From: an uncultured Gammaproteobacteria bacterium | GTDB lineage: Bacteria; Myxococcota_A; UBA9160; SMWR01 | Length of the DNA stretch: 64,000 nucleotides | Reading direction: 5' to 3' | Assembly: GCA_964196055.1 (NCBI GenBank) | Contig: CAXMSF010000251.1 | Span: 1,101 to 65,100 of the forward strand | Shown here: in pieces, positions 19,938-31,039 of the stretch | How positions within the stretch are numbered: the first letter of the stretch is position 1 | How the letters are laid out: every line of letters starts with the position of its first letter | Program-made: the position numbers and the translations under genes | Notes under the pieces: model-generated | What the model was told of the DNA's origin: nothing | The model's input: only the letters and a program-made list of their open reading frames with translations | The model's database searches: none

Positions 19938-20625
19938 TGAAGATCCGCAGCACGTACCAGAACATCAGCGCAACCGACGCGAACAACTGGAGCGCGCCTG
20001 CGACGTAGCGATCCTCGGGGTAGTGGTGCAACACGTTCGAGGTGTCGTACAGGATTGCAGCGCCCGCAAAGGCCACCATCGCCACCGAGAACCAGGTGCC
20101 GAGGTTGAATCCGAACAGGATGCCGCCCGCGATCGCGACCAGCGCAACCACGCCGCCCCAGCGCAACATGCCGCCGAGAAACGAAAAGTCCTTGCGGGTC
20201 GTGAACGCAACGGCCGTGAGGCCCGCGAATCCGATCAGCGTGACGATCGCAGCGCTCTGGATCGCGCCCGGTGCCATCGTGTCCGCCATGTAGAGCATCG
20301 GAACGAACAGGATCGAGTAGGCGACCACGGTCGCGGCCAGGCCCGCATATTGCGCACCGATCGACGGCGAAGTATGGGCGGCACGGGTCGCGAACCAGCT
20401 CACCAGCATGAATCCACCGAGGATCAGCAGCCACGACGTGCCCATCATCGCGGTGGCGATCGGCTCTGCCAGCCCTGAACTGAACAACCAGACCTCGATC
20501 AGCGTGAAGACGACGATCGCACCCATGAGGTGGTTGTAGGTACGCGTGATGAAGGCTGCGCGTGTGTCGACACCGCGCTGGCTGACCGGTACGTAGTCGT
20601 GCGGAAGCTCGAATTGGGAACTCAT
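19924..20625 (-). CDS. Bax inhibitor-1/YccA-family membrane protein
   Basis: Start moved to ATG 20625 (MSSQFELPHDY...). Seven hydrophobic helices and the typical C-terminal YLDIINLF-like tail (ALMFWYVLRIFMSRD). Confidence 0.75.
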   Translation of the reverse strand: MSSQFELPHDYVPVSQRGVDTRAAFITRTYNHLMGAIVVFTLIEVWLFSSGLAEPIATAMMGTSWLLILGGFMLVSWFATRAAHTSPSIGAQYAGLAATVVAYSILFVPMLYMADTMAPGAIQSAAIVTLIGFAGLTAVAFTTRKDFSFLGGMLRWGGVVALVAIAGGILFGFNLGTWFSVAMVAFAGAAILYDTSNVLHHYPEDRYVAGALQLFASVALMFWYVLRIFMSRD

Positions 20626-21356
20626 CGGACCACCTCTTGCTTTGATTCGGGTTCTCGGGCCAGCTCGACGCCACCCGACTCGCGCGGCACGACATTGTAC
20701 ATCGCGGTCTCGTTGAACATCATGCGCGGCGTCCAGCCTTCCGGCATCTGCGAATAACGCAGCATTTCCCGCGACATCGCACCGGTGGCGTCGATCACCC
20801 ACGGATCCGCAGGGTCTTCGAACCACACGCTCACCATGTGGTTTGCACCGTCGTAATCGCGTCGCACGATCAGGCGATAGATCTCGCCTTCCCTGAAGCC
20901 GGACTCCCGGAGCAGGCCGTATGCGATCAGATCGAGGCCGTCACAGTCATCTCCATTGGTCTCGAAGAACTCACGCAGCGTAGGCCAGTGATCGCCAGCG
21001 AGCGTCGTATCCGCATCCGGCTTGTAGTGCATCCGCGCCTGACGCTGGGACCACTCGGTGAATTCCCGCGCGAGACGCCGCTTGTGCCGGTTCAGCAGCC
21101 TCTCGAACTTCCCCCGCAGCAGGCCGAATGGGTATGCCTCCGGGTCGAGACTCGCTTCGTCCACCTCGGTCGTGACCTCACGCACGGGCGGGTCGAGGCG
21201 CTGCCGCTGCTGCCAGTCCGTGATCTTCGGGTAGAAAGGGTCGTCGGCCTGTGGCGGCGAAAAGAACTCGACACGTGGCTCGCTCGGCAGCGTCGCGCAG
21301 CCAAGCACGCCGCTGATGAGCAAAACGAGCGTGAGGTTCGCGGTGATTCGGTTCAT
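20622..21356 (-). CDS. lipoprotein, transglutaminase-like cysteine-peptidase-like (BTLCP-type) domain
   Basis: Lipobox LLISGVLGC. NGDDCDGLDLIAYGLL...GANHMVSVWF...WVIDATG suggests a Cys/His/Asp arrangement. ATGA overlap with the BI-1 gene. Confidence 0.45.
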   Translation of the reverse strand: MNRITANLTLVLLISGVLGCATLPSEPRVEFFSPPQADDPFYPKITDWQQRQRLDPPVREVTTEVDEASLDPEAYPFGLLRGKFERLLNRHKRRLAREFTEWSQRQARMHYKPDADTTLAGDHWPTLREFFETNGDDCDGLDLIAYGLLRESGFREGEIYRLIVRRDYDGANHMVSVWFEDPADPWVIDATGAMSREMLRYSQMPEGWTPRMMFNETAMYNVVPRESGGVELAREPESKQEVVR

Positions 21357-21682
21357 CGCGGAGATTCTAACCCACCCCACAAGCAACGCCGGGACGAGCC
21401 TTTCGGCCCGCCCCGGCGGTCTCGATTCCTACCGATACGCTTGCGCGAATCAGCTCAGCGTGATGCGCACAGCTTCCGCGCCCAATTCGAAGCTGGACAC
21501 CGGAGACATCCGAACTCAAGCTGATGACCACGCCATACTCGTTGCGCATGCTCACAGCAGCCGCACCGACGCCTGCCGCGCCACCGGCATCAGCGGCGAC
21601 GCGCCCGCCAAATCTTCGAGGCGATCGAGCTTCGAAACCGCACCGTCAGAAATCAGCTTGGCCGCGCCGAGGCTGACGGTCT

Positions 21683-21928
21683 CTAGCGAGAAGCCTTGTC
21701 GCTGTCCGTCAAAGCTGAGCCACGCTTCGCCTCAATCGAGATCGGTGACCGCGCCGATCGAGCTACTCCCGATCGAATATACTCCGGCGGTGCCAACGTC
21801 ACGGGCTCCTCTACCGGAGCGGCCGGCGGCGGAACCACGATGTCTTCACCACCGACGTCGTCGGCCACTGCCGAGAAACCCACAAAAGTCATGGCGATAC
21901 TGATCGCTGCAATTCGTCGAATCATCAC
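21683..21928 (-). CDS. small secreted hypothetical protein
   Basis: AAGGAG Shine-Dalgarno sequence 8 nt upstream of the ATG. Signal peptide MIRRIAAISIAMTFVGFSAVA, followed by a Pro-rich segment. Confidence 0.4.
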   Translation of the reverse strand: MMIRRIAAISIAMTFVGFSAVADDVGGEDIVVPPPAAPVEEPVTLAPPEYIRSGVARSARSPISIEAKRGSALTDSDKASR

Positions 21929-22075
21929 AAATCTCCTTTTGGCTCCCCATAACGAGCCAGTCTTCCGAGGCTGTATTCCCCACCCCCCTACGGGGAGGAC
22001 AGAGCGAATTTATCAGGCCCACACAGGGGTGCGCAAGGTGTTACAAAGACAAGGGGAATTTGAGTCAAATTAGGC

Positions 22076-22666
22076 TCAGGAGAAGGGTCGAGACCAGCTG
22101 AGTTCGAAGCCGGCGCTGCGCTTCTCGAGATCGGGGCCGATCACTCGAACGTTGCCATCCACCCCCGCTACATCGAAGAAGCCGGCGAAGATCTCGGCCG
22201 ATCCGTAGAGGTAATTCGGGCTCGCAGAGATCACGAGCGGAACGTCGAGCAGGTCGAGGCGGACCCGACCCGGCCGAGCCTCCCCCACCACCATCTCGCC
22301 TGCGTCGCGGTAGATGAGGCCCCAGACCTTGGGCGCCCAGCCGATCATCTTCCCGAGAGACCGGCCAAAGATCGAGAAGGCTCCGTCGAGAATCGGCTTG
22401 AGGATCGGGCGATCGAAGCTCTGTCGGAGGTTCTCACGCAGGGCCGCGCGCGCGCGGGCCGCACCCGCCACCGCGAAGAAGCACTCGGTCAGTTCGACGT
22501 CGAGGTCAACCGAGATCAGGCCGATCGCCGAAGCGGACTCGATCGCCTCACGAGTTTCGGGCTTGAGCCGTGCGCGGACCTCACGACCCAGCGCTGCATC
22601 CATGCCCTCGATGGCTTCCAACGAGGATTGGATGAAACCGGCCAGCATGCGGGGCGATGCACTCAT
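22076..22666 (-). CDS. hypothetical protein (resembles myxobacterial DUF2378-type proteins)
   Basis: 196 aa, no TM. The overall pattern (GLISVDLDVELTECFF...PNYLYGSAEIFAGFFDVAG) recalls DUF2378. Unverified. Confidence 0.35.
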   Translation of the reverse strand: MSASPRMLAGFIQSSLEAIEGMDAALGREVRARLKPETREAIESASAIGLISVDLDVELTECFFAVAGAARARAALRENLRQSFDRPILKPILDGAFSIFGRSLGKMIGWAPKVWGLIYRDAGEMVVGEARPGRVRLDLLDVPLVISASPNYLYGSAEIFAGFFDVAGVDGNVRVIGPDLEKRSAGFELSWSRPFS

Positions 22667-22764
22667 CCCCCACTCCCTCTTCGCGTCTCGGGACGCCTAT
22701 GGCTGGCGTTTCGGCACGCGCCGCACGCAGCTTGATCCCAAATTTCAGCTTGTGGAACGCGGGC

Positions 22765-22941
22765 TTAGGATTCGGCCTGCCGCTTGCTGAGCGCACAGCG
22801 GGCGCGCGCAGTCGCGCTGCAGCGGCAGGAGTCGCCGACGCCGCCGCAGGAGCCCCGGAGACGCCGCCCCGAAAGCAGCCCGATCGCCATCGCGAACATC
22901 ACCAGTGCGAAAACGGCGAGTGCTGCGAGGAAGGTCTCCAT
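22765..22941 (-). CDS. nqrM: (Na+)-NQR maturation protein NqrM
   Basis: Start at internal ATG 22941: METFLAALAVFALVMFAMAIGLLSGRRLRGSCGGVGDSCRC. One TM plus a Cys cluster, positioned after apbE as in known nqr loci. Confidence 0.7.
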   Translation of the reverse strand: METFLAALAVFALVMFAMAIGLLSGRRLRGSCGGVGDSCRCSATARARCALSKRQAES

Positions 22942-22978
22942 CCGGGATTCTCCGTTCGTGTTCGGCTCGAAAGACCGG

Positions 22979-24097
22979 CTAGCGGGCCGATGAGGGCAAG
23001 TCCGCTGCCTCTCCCGCGCCTGCTCGCGCCGCTTCGAATGCCGGGGTCGCGCGAGCGCTGAACGCGGTGCCCGCCTCGCGGACGATGAACAGCGCAGCCA
23101 GACCTTCGCGCTCGGCCAGAGAATAGCCCGCCTCGAAGCCGAGCACATTCAACGCGGTCGCCAGCGCATCGGCGTAGACGGCATCGCGGTGCAGCACGCT
23201 CACGGAGGCCAGCGCGTGCTCGATCGGGCGCGCGGTCCGTGGGTCGATGGTGTGTGAGTAGCGTCGTCCTCCGCTCTCATAGAAATTGCGGTAGTCGCCC
23301 GAGGTTGCGAGCGCGACATCGCGAAGCGGGAGGACATCGAAGGCGTCCCGCGCGCCCGCATCGGGCCGCTCGATCGCGACCCGCCAGGCGCCGCCGTCGA
23401 GCCGTTGACCGTGCGCTCGAATCTCGCCCCCCACCTCGACCAGGTGATCGCGGTAACCGCGTTGCGAGAGCGCCTCAGCGACGCGGTCGACCGCAAAGCC
23501 CTTCGCGATCGCCGAAAGGTCGCAAACGACGTCGCCGCGCGACTTACGGAGCGCTCCGCTCTGCACCTCGACGAGCCGATGCCCCACGCGCTCGCGCAGC
23601 CCTTCGAGCTCCTCGGGCGGCGGTGGGGCGGGAATGCGATCGCTCGCTCCGAATCCCCAGGCGGTCACGACCGGGCCGACCGTAACGTCGAAGGCGCCCC
23701 CCGAGAGCTCCGAAACTTCGCTTGCGATCCGGAACACCGCCAGAATCTCGGTCGACGCCGGGAACGGCTCGGTCGAGCCATGCGCGTTGAAACGCGACAG
23801 CTCCGATTCCGGCTGCCAGGTCGACATCGCTTCGTCGACCGCACGCAGCTCGGACTCGATCGCGCGCTTGATCTCGGCGCGCTCGGCTGCATCCAGATCG
23901 ACCACAGCCAGCTTGACCGACCAGCTCGTGCCCATGCTTTCGCCGCTGAATTCGGCTTGTGAGAGCGGGGGTGGCGCGCAGGCGAGTCGGTGGATCGAAG
24001 CCGCCAGCAACAGCAACAACACCAGCGGCAGCAGGACCTTTGCTCGCCCGCTGAGAGCGAGTCCCGATCGGCGCGGCGGTTCAGCCGCCGAAGTCAT
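22979..24097 (-). CDS. apbE: FAD:protein FMN transferase ApbE
   Basis: MGTSWSVKL..., [19 protein letters not shown] motifs of the ApbE family. Directly downstream of nqrF. Confidence 0.85.
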   Translation of the reverse strand: MTSAAEPPRRSGLALSGRAKVLLPLVLLLLLAASIHRLACAPPPLSQAEFSGESMGTSWSVKLAVVDLDAAERAEIKRAIESELRAVDEAMSTWQPESELSRFNAHGSTEPFPASTEILAVFRIASEVSELSGGAFDVTVGPVVTAWGFGASDRIPAPPPPEELEGLRERVGHRLVEVQSGALRKSRGDVVCDLSAIAKGFAVDRVAEALSQRGYRDHLVEVGGEIRAHGQRLDGGAWRVAIERPDAGARDAFDVLPLRDVALATSGDYRNFYESGGRRYSHTIDPRTARPIEHALASVSVLHRDAVYADALATALNVLGFEAGYSLAEREGLAALFIVREAGTAFSARATPAFEAARAGAGEAADLPSSAR

Positions 24098-25307
24098 CGA
24101 AGAGGATGTTCTCCGGCTCGACTCCCAGGTCGGTCAGCATCTGGATCACCGCGTCGTTCATCATCGGCGGGCCGCAGATGTAGTACTCGCAGTCTTCGGG
24201 CGCGGGGTGGTCCTTCAAGTAGTTGTCGTACAACACCTGATGGATGAAGCCGGTCTGCCCGGTCCAATTGTCCTCTTCGAGCGGTTCGGACAGGGCGAGA
24301 TGCCACTCGAAGTTCTCGTTCTCTGCCGAGATCGCGTCGAAATCCTCGATGTAGAACGCTTCACGCAGGCTACGCGCGCCGTACCAGTAACTCGCCTTGC
24401 GTGTGCTGTGGAGCCGGCGGAACTGATCGAAGATATGCGAGCGCATCGGCGCCATGCCGGCGCCACCGCCGATGAAGATCATCTCGTTGTCGGTCGGCCG
24501 CGCAAAGAACTCGCCGAACGGGCCCGCGATCGTGACCTTGTCGCCGGGCTTCAGGTTGAAGATGTACGACGACATCACGCCCGGCGGCACGTCGGGCGTC
24601 CGCGGCGGCGGCGACGCGATCCGAACATTCAGCATGATGATGCCCTTCTCTTCCGGATAGTTAGCCATCGAATAGGCGCGCTCGACGCCCTCTTCCACTT
24701 TCGAGACGTAACGCCACTGGTTGAACTTGTCCCAGTCCTCGCGGTACTCGTCTTCGACCTCGAAGTCCTTGTAGTGGACCTCGTGCGGCGGGCAGGAGAT
24801 CTGGATGTAGCCGCCCGCCCGGAACGGAACCTCTTCGCCGGGGGGGAGTTCGAGCACCAGTTCCTTGATGAAGGTCGCCAGACCATTGTTCGAGCGGACG
24901 GTGCATTCCCATTTCTTGACGCTGAAGACCTCGGGCGGGATCTCGATCTTCATGTCCTGCTTGACCTTCACCTGGCATGCGAGGCGGCAACCTTCGCGGG
25001 CTTCGCCTCGCGTGACGTGTCCGGTCTCGGTCGGGAGCATCGCCCCGCCGCCTTCCACGACATTGACCTTGCAGACACCGCAACTGCCCTTGCCGCCACA
25101 GGCCGACGGGATGAATAGCTTGCTCGCCGCAAGGGTATTCAGCAGCGTGCCGCCGCTCTGGGCCGTGAGCGTGTGGTCGGGGTCGTCGTTGATGACGATC
25201 TGCACGTCACCGCTCGGCACGAGCCTGTCGCGCGCGAGCATCAACACCAGGACCAGCGCGAGGATAATTACCGTGAAACCGATCACGCCGAAGATAATCG
25301 TTACCAT
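24081..25307 (-). CDS. nqrF: Na+-translocating NADH:quinone oxidoreductase subunit F
   Basis: N-terminal TM, 2Fe-2S ferredoxin [19 protein letters not shown] domain RAYSMANYP...[11 protein letters not shown]. Confidence 0.95.
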   Translation of the reverse strand: MVTIIFGVIGFTVIILALVLVLMLARDRLVPSGDVQIVINDDPDHTLTAQSGGTLLNTLAASKLFIPSACGGKGSCGVCKVNVVEGGGAMLPTETGHVTRGEAREGCRLACQVKVKQDMKIEIPPEVFSVKKWECTVRSNNGLATFIKELVLELPPGEEVPFRAGGYIQISCPPHEVHYKDFEVEDEYREDWDKFNQWRYVSKVEEGVERAYSMANYPEEKGIIMLNVRIASPPPRTPDVPPGVMSSYIFNLKPGDKVTIAGPFGEFFARPTDNEMIFIGGGAGMAPMRSHIFDQFRRLHSTRKASYWYGARSLREAFYIEDFDAISAENENFEWHLALSEPLEEDNWTGQTGFIHQVLYDNYLKDHPAPEDCEYYICGPPMMNDAVIQMLTDLGVEPENILFDDFGG

Positions 25308-25347
25308 GCCGGATCTACTCTCTAGTTCTCTGGTGACCGCGCGCGGT

Positions 25348-25959
25348 TCAGAGTTGGATTCCCGAGAAGGCCATGAACCCCAGCGACATCAGCCCGACGA
25401 GGATGAACGCGACGCCGAGCCCGCGCAGCGGCTCGGGAACATTGCTGTACTTGAGCTTCTCGCGGATCGCCGCGAGCGCAACGATCGCGAGCGCCCAGCC
25501 GATGCCGGAGCCGAGACCGAAGACCGTCGCTTCGCCGAGCGTGTAGTCGCGCTCGACCATGAACAGCGACGCTCCCAGAATCGCGCAGTTCACCGCGATC
25601 AGCGGCAGGAACACGCCCAGCGCGTTGTAGAGCTGGGGAACGTAGCGATCGAGCGCCATCTCGACGATCTGCACCGAGGCCGCGATCGTACCGATCAGGG
25701 TCAGAAAGGTGAGGAACGACAGATCGACGTTCGGCAGGCCCGCCCAGCCGAGCGAACCCGGCGCCAGCACATGGTTGTTCAGCAGTTGGTTCAGCGGGGT
25801 CGTGACGGTGAGAACGAAGGTGACCGCCAGACCGAGCCCCAGTGCGGTTTCGACCTTCTTCGAGCATGCCAGGAAGGAGCACATGCCCAGGAAGAAAGCC
25901 AGGGCCATGTTCTCAACGAAGATGGACTTCGTGGCCAGACTCAAATAGTGCTCCAACAC
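25348..25959 (-). CDS. nqrE: Na+-NQR subunit E
   Basis: [31 protein letters not shown], the characteristic NqrE N-terminus. Confidence 0.95.
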   Translation of the reverse strand: MLEHYLSLATKSIFVENMALAFFLGMCSFLACSKKVETALGLGLAVTFVLTVTTPLNQLLNNHVLAPGSLGWAGLPNVDLSFLTFLTLIGTIAASVQIVEMALDRYVPQLYNALGVFLPLIAVNCAILGASLFMVERDYTLGEATVFGLGSGIGWALAIVALAAIREKLKYSNVPEPLRGLGVAFILVGLMSLGFMAFSGIQL

Positions 25960-26584
25960 TGAAGTCTTCCTCCACTTGTTCGGGTTTGAAGCTGCGCACG
26001 ACCCAGATGAAGCCGCCGATCAGAAAGAATGCGGCCGGTGCCAGCAGCATCAGGCCGTTGGGGACGTACCAGCCGCCCTCGTTGACGGACTGCAGGATCG
26101 TGATGCCGAAGACCTTGCCCGAGCCGAAGAGCTCGCGCATGAAGGCCACCACCATCAGGACCAGCGCATAGCCGAAGCCGTTTCCGATTCCGTCGATGAA
26201 GGCGAGCTTCGGCGGATTCTGCATCGCGTAGGCCTCCGCGCGCCCCATCACGATGCAGTTGGTGATGATCAATCCCACGAAGACCGACAACTGCTTGCTG
26301 ATGTCGTAGACGAAGGCCTTGAGAATCTGATCCGTGATGATTACCAGCGATGCGATGATCGTGAGTTGCACGATGATCCGGATGCTCGCCGGGATGTAGT
26401 TGCGGAGCGCACTCACGGCCACATTCGACAGGGCCGTCACAGCGATCACCGCCACACTCATCACGAGCGCCGTCTCCATCTTCGTCGTCACGGCCAGCGC
26501 AGAGCAGATTCCGAGCACCTGTAGCCCGATGGGGTTGTTGTCGATGAGAGGGTCGAGGAACGCCTCTCGTTCTTTGCTCATCAT
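25913..26584 (-). CDS. nqrD: Na+-NQR subunit D
   Basis: [23 protein letters not shown]...[10 protein letters not shown]. The 3' end overlaps the nqrE start by 47 nt. Confidence 0.95.
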   Translation of the reverse strand: MMSKEREAFLDPLIDNNPIGLQVLGICSALAVTTKMETALVMSVAVIAVTALSNVAVSALRNYIPASIRIIVQLTIIASLVIITDQILKAFVYDISKQLSVFVGLIITNCIVMGRAEAYAMQNPPKLAFIDGIGNGFGYALVLMVVAFMRELFGSGKVFGITILQSVNEGGWYVPNGLMLLAPAAFFLIGGFIWVVRSFKPEQVEEDFSVGALFESGHEVHLR

Positions 26585-27360
26585 GTCCCCCGTTCGCTGC
26601 GCCGCTGCGCGAGATAAGGTGCGAAACCGTCTTCACCGAGCCAGAACGCCAGCAGATGGGTCACGCCGCGGCTCGTCAGGGTGGCTCCCGAGAGCCCGTC
26701 CACGTGGTAGGGATCCTGTTCGGGTGAGCCCGCGCTGCCTTTCTTCACGGCAATAGCCGGCTGCCAGTTCTCGTCGAAGGCCAATCGGCCCTTCCACAGG
26801 GCCTTCCAGCGCGGATTGTCGACCTCACCGCCGAGGCCGGGGGTTTCACCGTGCTGGTAGAAGGTAATGCCGCTGATGGTTCGGCCGTCGGGATCGAGTG
26901 CGAGAAAGCCATAGAGCGTCGACCACAAGCCCTTGCCCTCGATGGGCAGGATGATGGACCGCAGCACGCCATCCTCGATGACCTCGAAAATCTGCGCATT
27001 GTTCGGAATACGGGTCACCTTGGCCGCGTTGGGTGGTGCGAGTCGGCTCGTCGCCGGATCCGCGCTGGCCCTCTTCTGGTCGAAGGTCGCCGTGTCGACC
27101 CCCTCGACCGGGTTCCCGGTCGCGAGATCGATGATGCTCGGCCTGATGCTCTTCCCGAAGCGGCGTCGAACCTCGTCGGCCGGCAGCGACTCTCTCTCGC
27201 CCATCAGGCCCGCAACGACCAGCACCTTCTTCTGGATGTCGAGCGCCTTGTTGGCTTCCTGGCGATCCTTCAGGAGGACCGCCGAGCCCGCGACGAAGAC
27301 GGAACAGAACACGCAGACCGCTGCTGCGAACATCACGACGTAGCGCGCACTATGCTGCAT
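26581..27360 (-). CDS. nqrC: Na+-NQR subunit C
   Basis: N-terminal TM. The FMN-attachment context [12 protein letters not shown] is typical of NqrC. Confidence 0.9.
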   Translation of the reverse strand: MQHSARYVVMFAAAVCVFCSVFVAGSAVLLKDRQEANKALDIQKKVLVVAGLMGERESLPADEVRRRFGKSIRPSIIDLATGNPVEGVDTATFDQKRASADPATSRLAPPNAAKVTRIPNNAQIFEVIEDGVLRSIILPIEGKGLWSTLYGFLALDPDGRTISGITFYQHGETPGLGGEVDNPRWKALWKGRLAFDENWQPAIAVKKGSAGSPEQDPYHVDGLSGATLTSRGVTHLLAFWLGEDGFAPYLAQRRSERGT

Positions 27361-28567
27361 TCCGGGCCAGCCTCCGGTTGATATTTCCCTGCACGACGAA
27401 ATGATCGATCAGCGGCGCAAACATGTTCATGAACAGGATCGCGAGCATCATGCCTTCGGGGTAGGCGGGGTTCACCACCCGAATCAGTATCACGAGCGCC
27501 CCGATCCCGAGCCCGTACCAGAAGCGTCCGATATTCGTGAACGCCGAGCTGACCGGGTCGGTGGCCATGAAGACCGCACCGAAGGCCCAGCCGCCGAGAA
27601 CCATGTGCCAGTAGAACGGCACCGCGAACATCGGATTCGACGCCGAGCCGGCCCAGTTCAGCAGGTTCGCCAGTGCAACCGTGCCGAAGACGATACCGAC
27701 GATCGTCTGCCAGGCCGCGACCCGCGTGATCAACAGGACCGCGAGACCGAGCAGGCAGCAGACGGCGGAGGTCTCACCCATCGAGCCGGGAATCCAGCCG
27801 TAGAAGGCCTTGCTCCAACTGGCGTGATCGAGCGCGCCCACAGTCCCGGCCGCCTGCGCAAGCCAGGTCGCGCCGGAGAAACCGTCGACCGCCTGGAAGT
27901 CCGCCGCGATCCACGGGGCGTCGCCGCTCATGTAGGCCGGGTAGGCGAAGAACAGGAAGACGCGCGCGGTGAGCGCGGGGTTGAGGAAGTTCATCCCGGT
28001 GCCGCCGAAGACCTCCTTGGCGAAGACCAGGCCGAATACCATGCCGAGGGCGACCTGCCACAGCGGGATCGTCGGCGGCAGCGTCAGCGGCAGCAACATG
28101 CCCGTGACAAGGAAGCCCTCGTTCACCTCGTGGCCGCGGATGATCGCTCCGCCGACTTCGACGAGCGTACCGGCCACGAAGACGGTGATGAGGACCGGCA
28201 GGAAGTAGAGAGCGCCGTGGATGATGCAATAGAAGGGGTTGGTCGCGTCGAAGCCGAGGCCGAGCAGCTGATAGAGTCCCATCCGCCAATCGTCGAGCGG
28301 CAGGGCTCCGTGATCGATCGCGTACTGAGCCTGATAGCCGGTGTTGTAGATCGCGAACAGGATGCAGGGCACCAACGCGATCACGACCGTGATCATCATG
28401 CGCTTCAGGTCGAGCCCGTCGCGCACGTGCGAGGCGGTCTTGGTGACGTCAGCGGGCGTGAACATCGCGGTGTCGTGCGCTTCCCAGAGCGGATAGAGCT
28501 TCTCGAGCTTCCCACCCTTTTCGAAAAGCGGCGCGACACCATCATGCAAGTCGCGGAGGAACTTCAT
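27350..28567 (-). CDS. nqrB: Na+-NQR subunit B
   Basis: Polytopic protein. The SGATWL flavinylation-type motif and overall NqrB/RnfD-like sequence. Confidence 0.95.
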   Translation of the reverse strand: MKFLRDLHDGVAPLFEKGGKLEKLYPLWEAHDTAMFTPADVTKTASHVRDGLDLKRMMITVVIALVPCILFAIYNTGYQAQYAIDHGALPLDDWRMGLYQLLGLGFDATNPFYCIIHGALYFLPVLITVFVAGTLVEVGGAIIRGHEVNEGFLVTGMLLPLTLPPTIPLWQVALGMVFGLVFAKEVFGGTGMNFLNPALTARVFLFFAYPAYMSGDAPWIAADFQAVDGFSGATWLAQAAGTVGALDHASWSKAFYGWIPGSMGETSAVCCLLGLAVLLITRVAAWQTIVGIVFGTVALANLLNWAGSASNPMFAVPFYWHMVLGGWAFGAVFMATDPVSSAFTNIGRFWYGLGIGALVILIRVVNPAYPEGMMLAILFMNMFAPLIDHFVVQGNINRRLARNAA

Positions 28568-29943
28568 CAGCCTTCCTTCTCGATCATCGCGAGATTCCTG
28601 CGGAGAACCGGCCCGTAATCCGTCTTGCCGGAGCAGACGAAGGTGCAGAGCGCGAGGTCTTCTTCATCGAGTTCGAGCACACCGAGTTTCTCGGCCTGCT
28701 CGATGTCGCCGACGAGCAGCGAGCGCAGCAGGAAGGTCGGCAGGATGTCCATCGGCATCACGCGTTCGAAGGTCCCGATCGGAACCATCGCGCGCGGCGA
28801 CCCGTTGGTGGTCGTCGTGAAATCGAAGCTCTTCACGCCGAACAGGCGCGAGAGGTAGATCGGAATCGTCGAGAAGCTCTTCATGCCGGGCGAGAGCCAG
28901 CCGAGGAAGATGCGCTCGTGGCCTTCGCGAAGCAGACTGATCTGGCGATCGAAACGGCCCATGTAGCCGAATTCCTCGCCCATGGCCTTCTTGCCCGACA
29001 GCACCGAGCCGGAAATGCAGCGGGTATCGTCCGCGGCGTCGTCAGCCACCAATTCCGCGACTGCGCAACCCAGGCGCGTCACGATCAGACGCGAATCGCT
29101 GCACGCCGGACCGGCGATCGAGATCACACGCTCGACGTCGAGCCGTCCCGTCGCGAACAAGCTACCGATCGCGATCACGTCCTGGTAACCGAGGTGCCAG
29201 ACGACCTTTTCGCGACTCACCGCGTCGAGCCGGTGGATGTGCAACCCGGCCGTGCCGGCCGGATGCGGCCCGCTGAATTCCTCGACCGTGACCGGTGCGG
29301 TGACTCCGCTCGCGACCCCGCTGCCCTCGCGAATGCACAGATAGGTCGACCCGTCGGTGAGCTTGGCGACGATTTCGAGCCCGCGCTGAAAATCGTCGCG
29401 ACGCTTCTCGATCACGACCTCCGGGAGTGGCGCAAGCGGGTTGGTATCGGTGGCGGTGACGAAGATCGAATGCGCCGTCGTCTCGGGGCTCGGCACTTTG
29501 CTGAACGGGCGCGTGCGCAGCGCGGTCCATTGTCCCGATTCGACCAGTAGTGCGACGATGTCCTCGCGGGACAGGTCCGACACGTCGCGCCCCGAGAATC
29601 GTTCGAAGGCCACGCACTCGCCCTGCTCTTCGCGGCCGCTGCGCTCGCCCTCCGAGAGTTCGATCACGATCGACTGGAGCGCGCGACGTGCACCGCGATG
29701 AATCGCGACCACCTTGCCGGCTCCCGGTGCCGTATGGAGCACACCGGGCGTCTTGCGGTCCGCGAACAGCACTTGACCGCGTTTCACGATGTCGTCGACC
29801 TGGACCTGCATACCCGGCTTCACCCCCGGGAAGTCGTCCGCCATCACGGCGACGCGGCTGACATCCTCGCGACCACGGATGATCTGCATCGGAGCGCCGG
29901 AAATCGGGAGGTCCAGGCCTTTCGTTATTCGATGGATTGCCAT
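28567..29943 (-). CDS. nqrA: Na+-NQR subunit A
   Basis: MAIHRITKGLDLPISGAP..., the canonical NqrA N-terminus. 458 aa. Confidence 0.95.
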   Translation of the reverse strand: MAIHRITKGLDLPISGAPMQIIRGREDVSRVAVMADDFPGVKPGMQVQVDDIVKRGQVLFADRKTPGVLHTAPGAGKVVAIHRGARRALQSIVIELSEGERSGREEQGECVAFERFSGRDVSDLSREDIVALLVESGQWTALRTRPFSKVPSPETTAHSIFVTATDTNPLAPLPEVVIEKRRDDFQRGLEIVAKLTDGSTYLCIREGSGVASGVTAPVTVEEFSGPHPAGTAGLHIHRLDAVSREKVVWHLGYQDVIAIGSLFATGRLDVERVISIAGPACSDSRLIVTRLGCAVAELVADDAADDTRCISGSVLSGKKAMGEEFGYMGRFDRQISLLREGHERIFLGWLSPGMKSFSTIPIYLSRLFGVKSFDFTTTTNGSPRAMVPIGTFERVMPMDILPTFLLRSLLVGDIEQAEKLGVLELDEEDLALCTFVCSGKTDYGPVLRRNLAMIEKEG

Positions 29944-30439
29944 GGGTCGATTGTCGTTTCCATCTCACCGCGCGAGGCGCGCGGGCTTGGTTTCAGATTG
30001 TTCTCAGCGGCTGCCGTGTGCCGTCCGAGGCCGAAGCGAGGGCCCTGATCGTGAACTTGCGAAAACGTCGGGGCCCTGGTCGATGCTGAGTGCCCGTGGG
30101 GGGACGGAGGCGGGACAGACAATAGGAGCCCCGCGCCTCCGGAACAACGCCGACACCAGAAGAAAATTCGCAGTTTGGCCCCGAAAGCCCGGGTGTTTCG
30201 GGAAGGATCTCTCCGGCTGACCGCTCGCGGCGGCGAGGCACCGTGCAGTCCACTCCGCGCGTGGAGTCCCCAGGGGCGATGCGCCTGGTTGCCCCGCAGG
30301 CCCAGAATGCCCCGCCCAAGCGATTAATTGTTGCACTCTAAATGAACGGAGGCGTACGCTCGGTCGCGATACTGGAGTTCTACGACGAGGGCGCTGCGAC
30401 CTCACTGTGGGTGGGGAAGGAAGGGCCCGAGGAGGCAAC

Positions 30440-30937
30440 ATGCCCCATAGCCACTCGCTTCCGATCGCCCGCGAGATCATGACGACCCGCCTTGTCACGG
30501 TGTTGCCCGATCTCGCAATCTTCGACGCCATTCGAATCCTGCTCCGAAATCAAATCTCCGGAGCCCCGGTCGTCGACGCGAGCGGCGCATTGGTCGGCAT
30601 GCTCTCCGAACTGGATTGTCTGAAGGTGCTCGCAAACGGCGAGTTCTACGACGACGACCACTCCGAGAAAGGCATCGTCCGCAATTACATGACCAGTGTG
30701 ACGCAGTCGATCGATCCGGAGACGGACGTCTACACGCTGGCGCAGTACTTCCTGAACCACACCGTGCGACGACTGCCGGTCGTGCGCGGCTCGCTGTTGC
30801 TCGGCCAGATCAGCCGACGCGACGTATTGCGCACGATCGAGGAGATGGGCCGCAAGCGCGTGCCGCGCAAGCACTACCCGGACTATCGCGAACCCATGGA
30901 CCGCGCCGATCGAACAGCCCACCTTCACCACCGTTAG
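30440..30937 (+). CDS. CBS-pair domain protein
   Basis: GGAGG at 30431 then ATG 30440. IMTTRLVTVLPD...ISGAPVVD and a second CBS repeat YMTSVTQSIDPE...VRRLPVV. Confidence 0.8.
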   Translation: MPHSHSLPIAREIMTTRLVTVLPDLAIFDAIRILLRNQISGAPVVDASGALVGMLSELDCLKVLANGEFYDDDHSEKGIVRNYMTSVTQSIDPETDVYTLAQYFLNHTVRRLPVVRGSLLLGQISRRDVLRTIEEMGRKRVPRKHYPDYREPMDRADRTAHLHHR

Positions 30938-31039
30938 GGCTGATCCACTTCCCCCGACTCGATCCGCTTTTGCTGGGGCCGCGGTGCCTCCCATACGGGC
31001 GGGGCGGTGGCTGCAGGTATCTAGTGCGCAATGGCTGGA

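Noticed and set aside
21553-21928. Possible longer secreted protein. After ...LAPPEY the alternative frame reads SIGSSSIGAVTDLD-TGA-GEAWLSFDGQRQGFSLETVSLGAAKLISDGAVSKLDRLEDL..., which looks more protein-like than the annotated tail.
   Set aside because: It would need both a frameshift and read-through of a TGA, and there is no recognisable family to anchor it. I kept only the 81-aa ORF, at low confidence.
25913-25959. The 47-nt nqrD/nqrE overlap as a frameshift or sequencing error
   Set aside because: Both reading frames are intact and both proteins are complete. It is more simply a slightly extended NqrD C-terminus.
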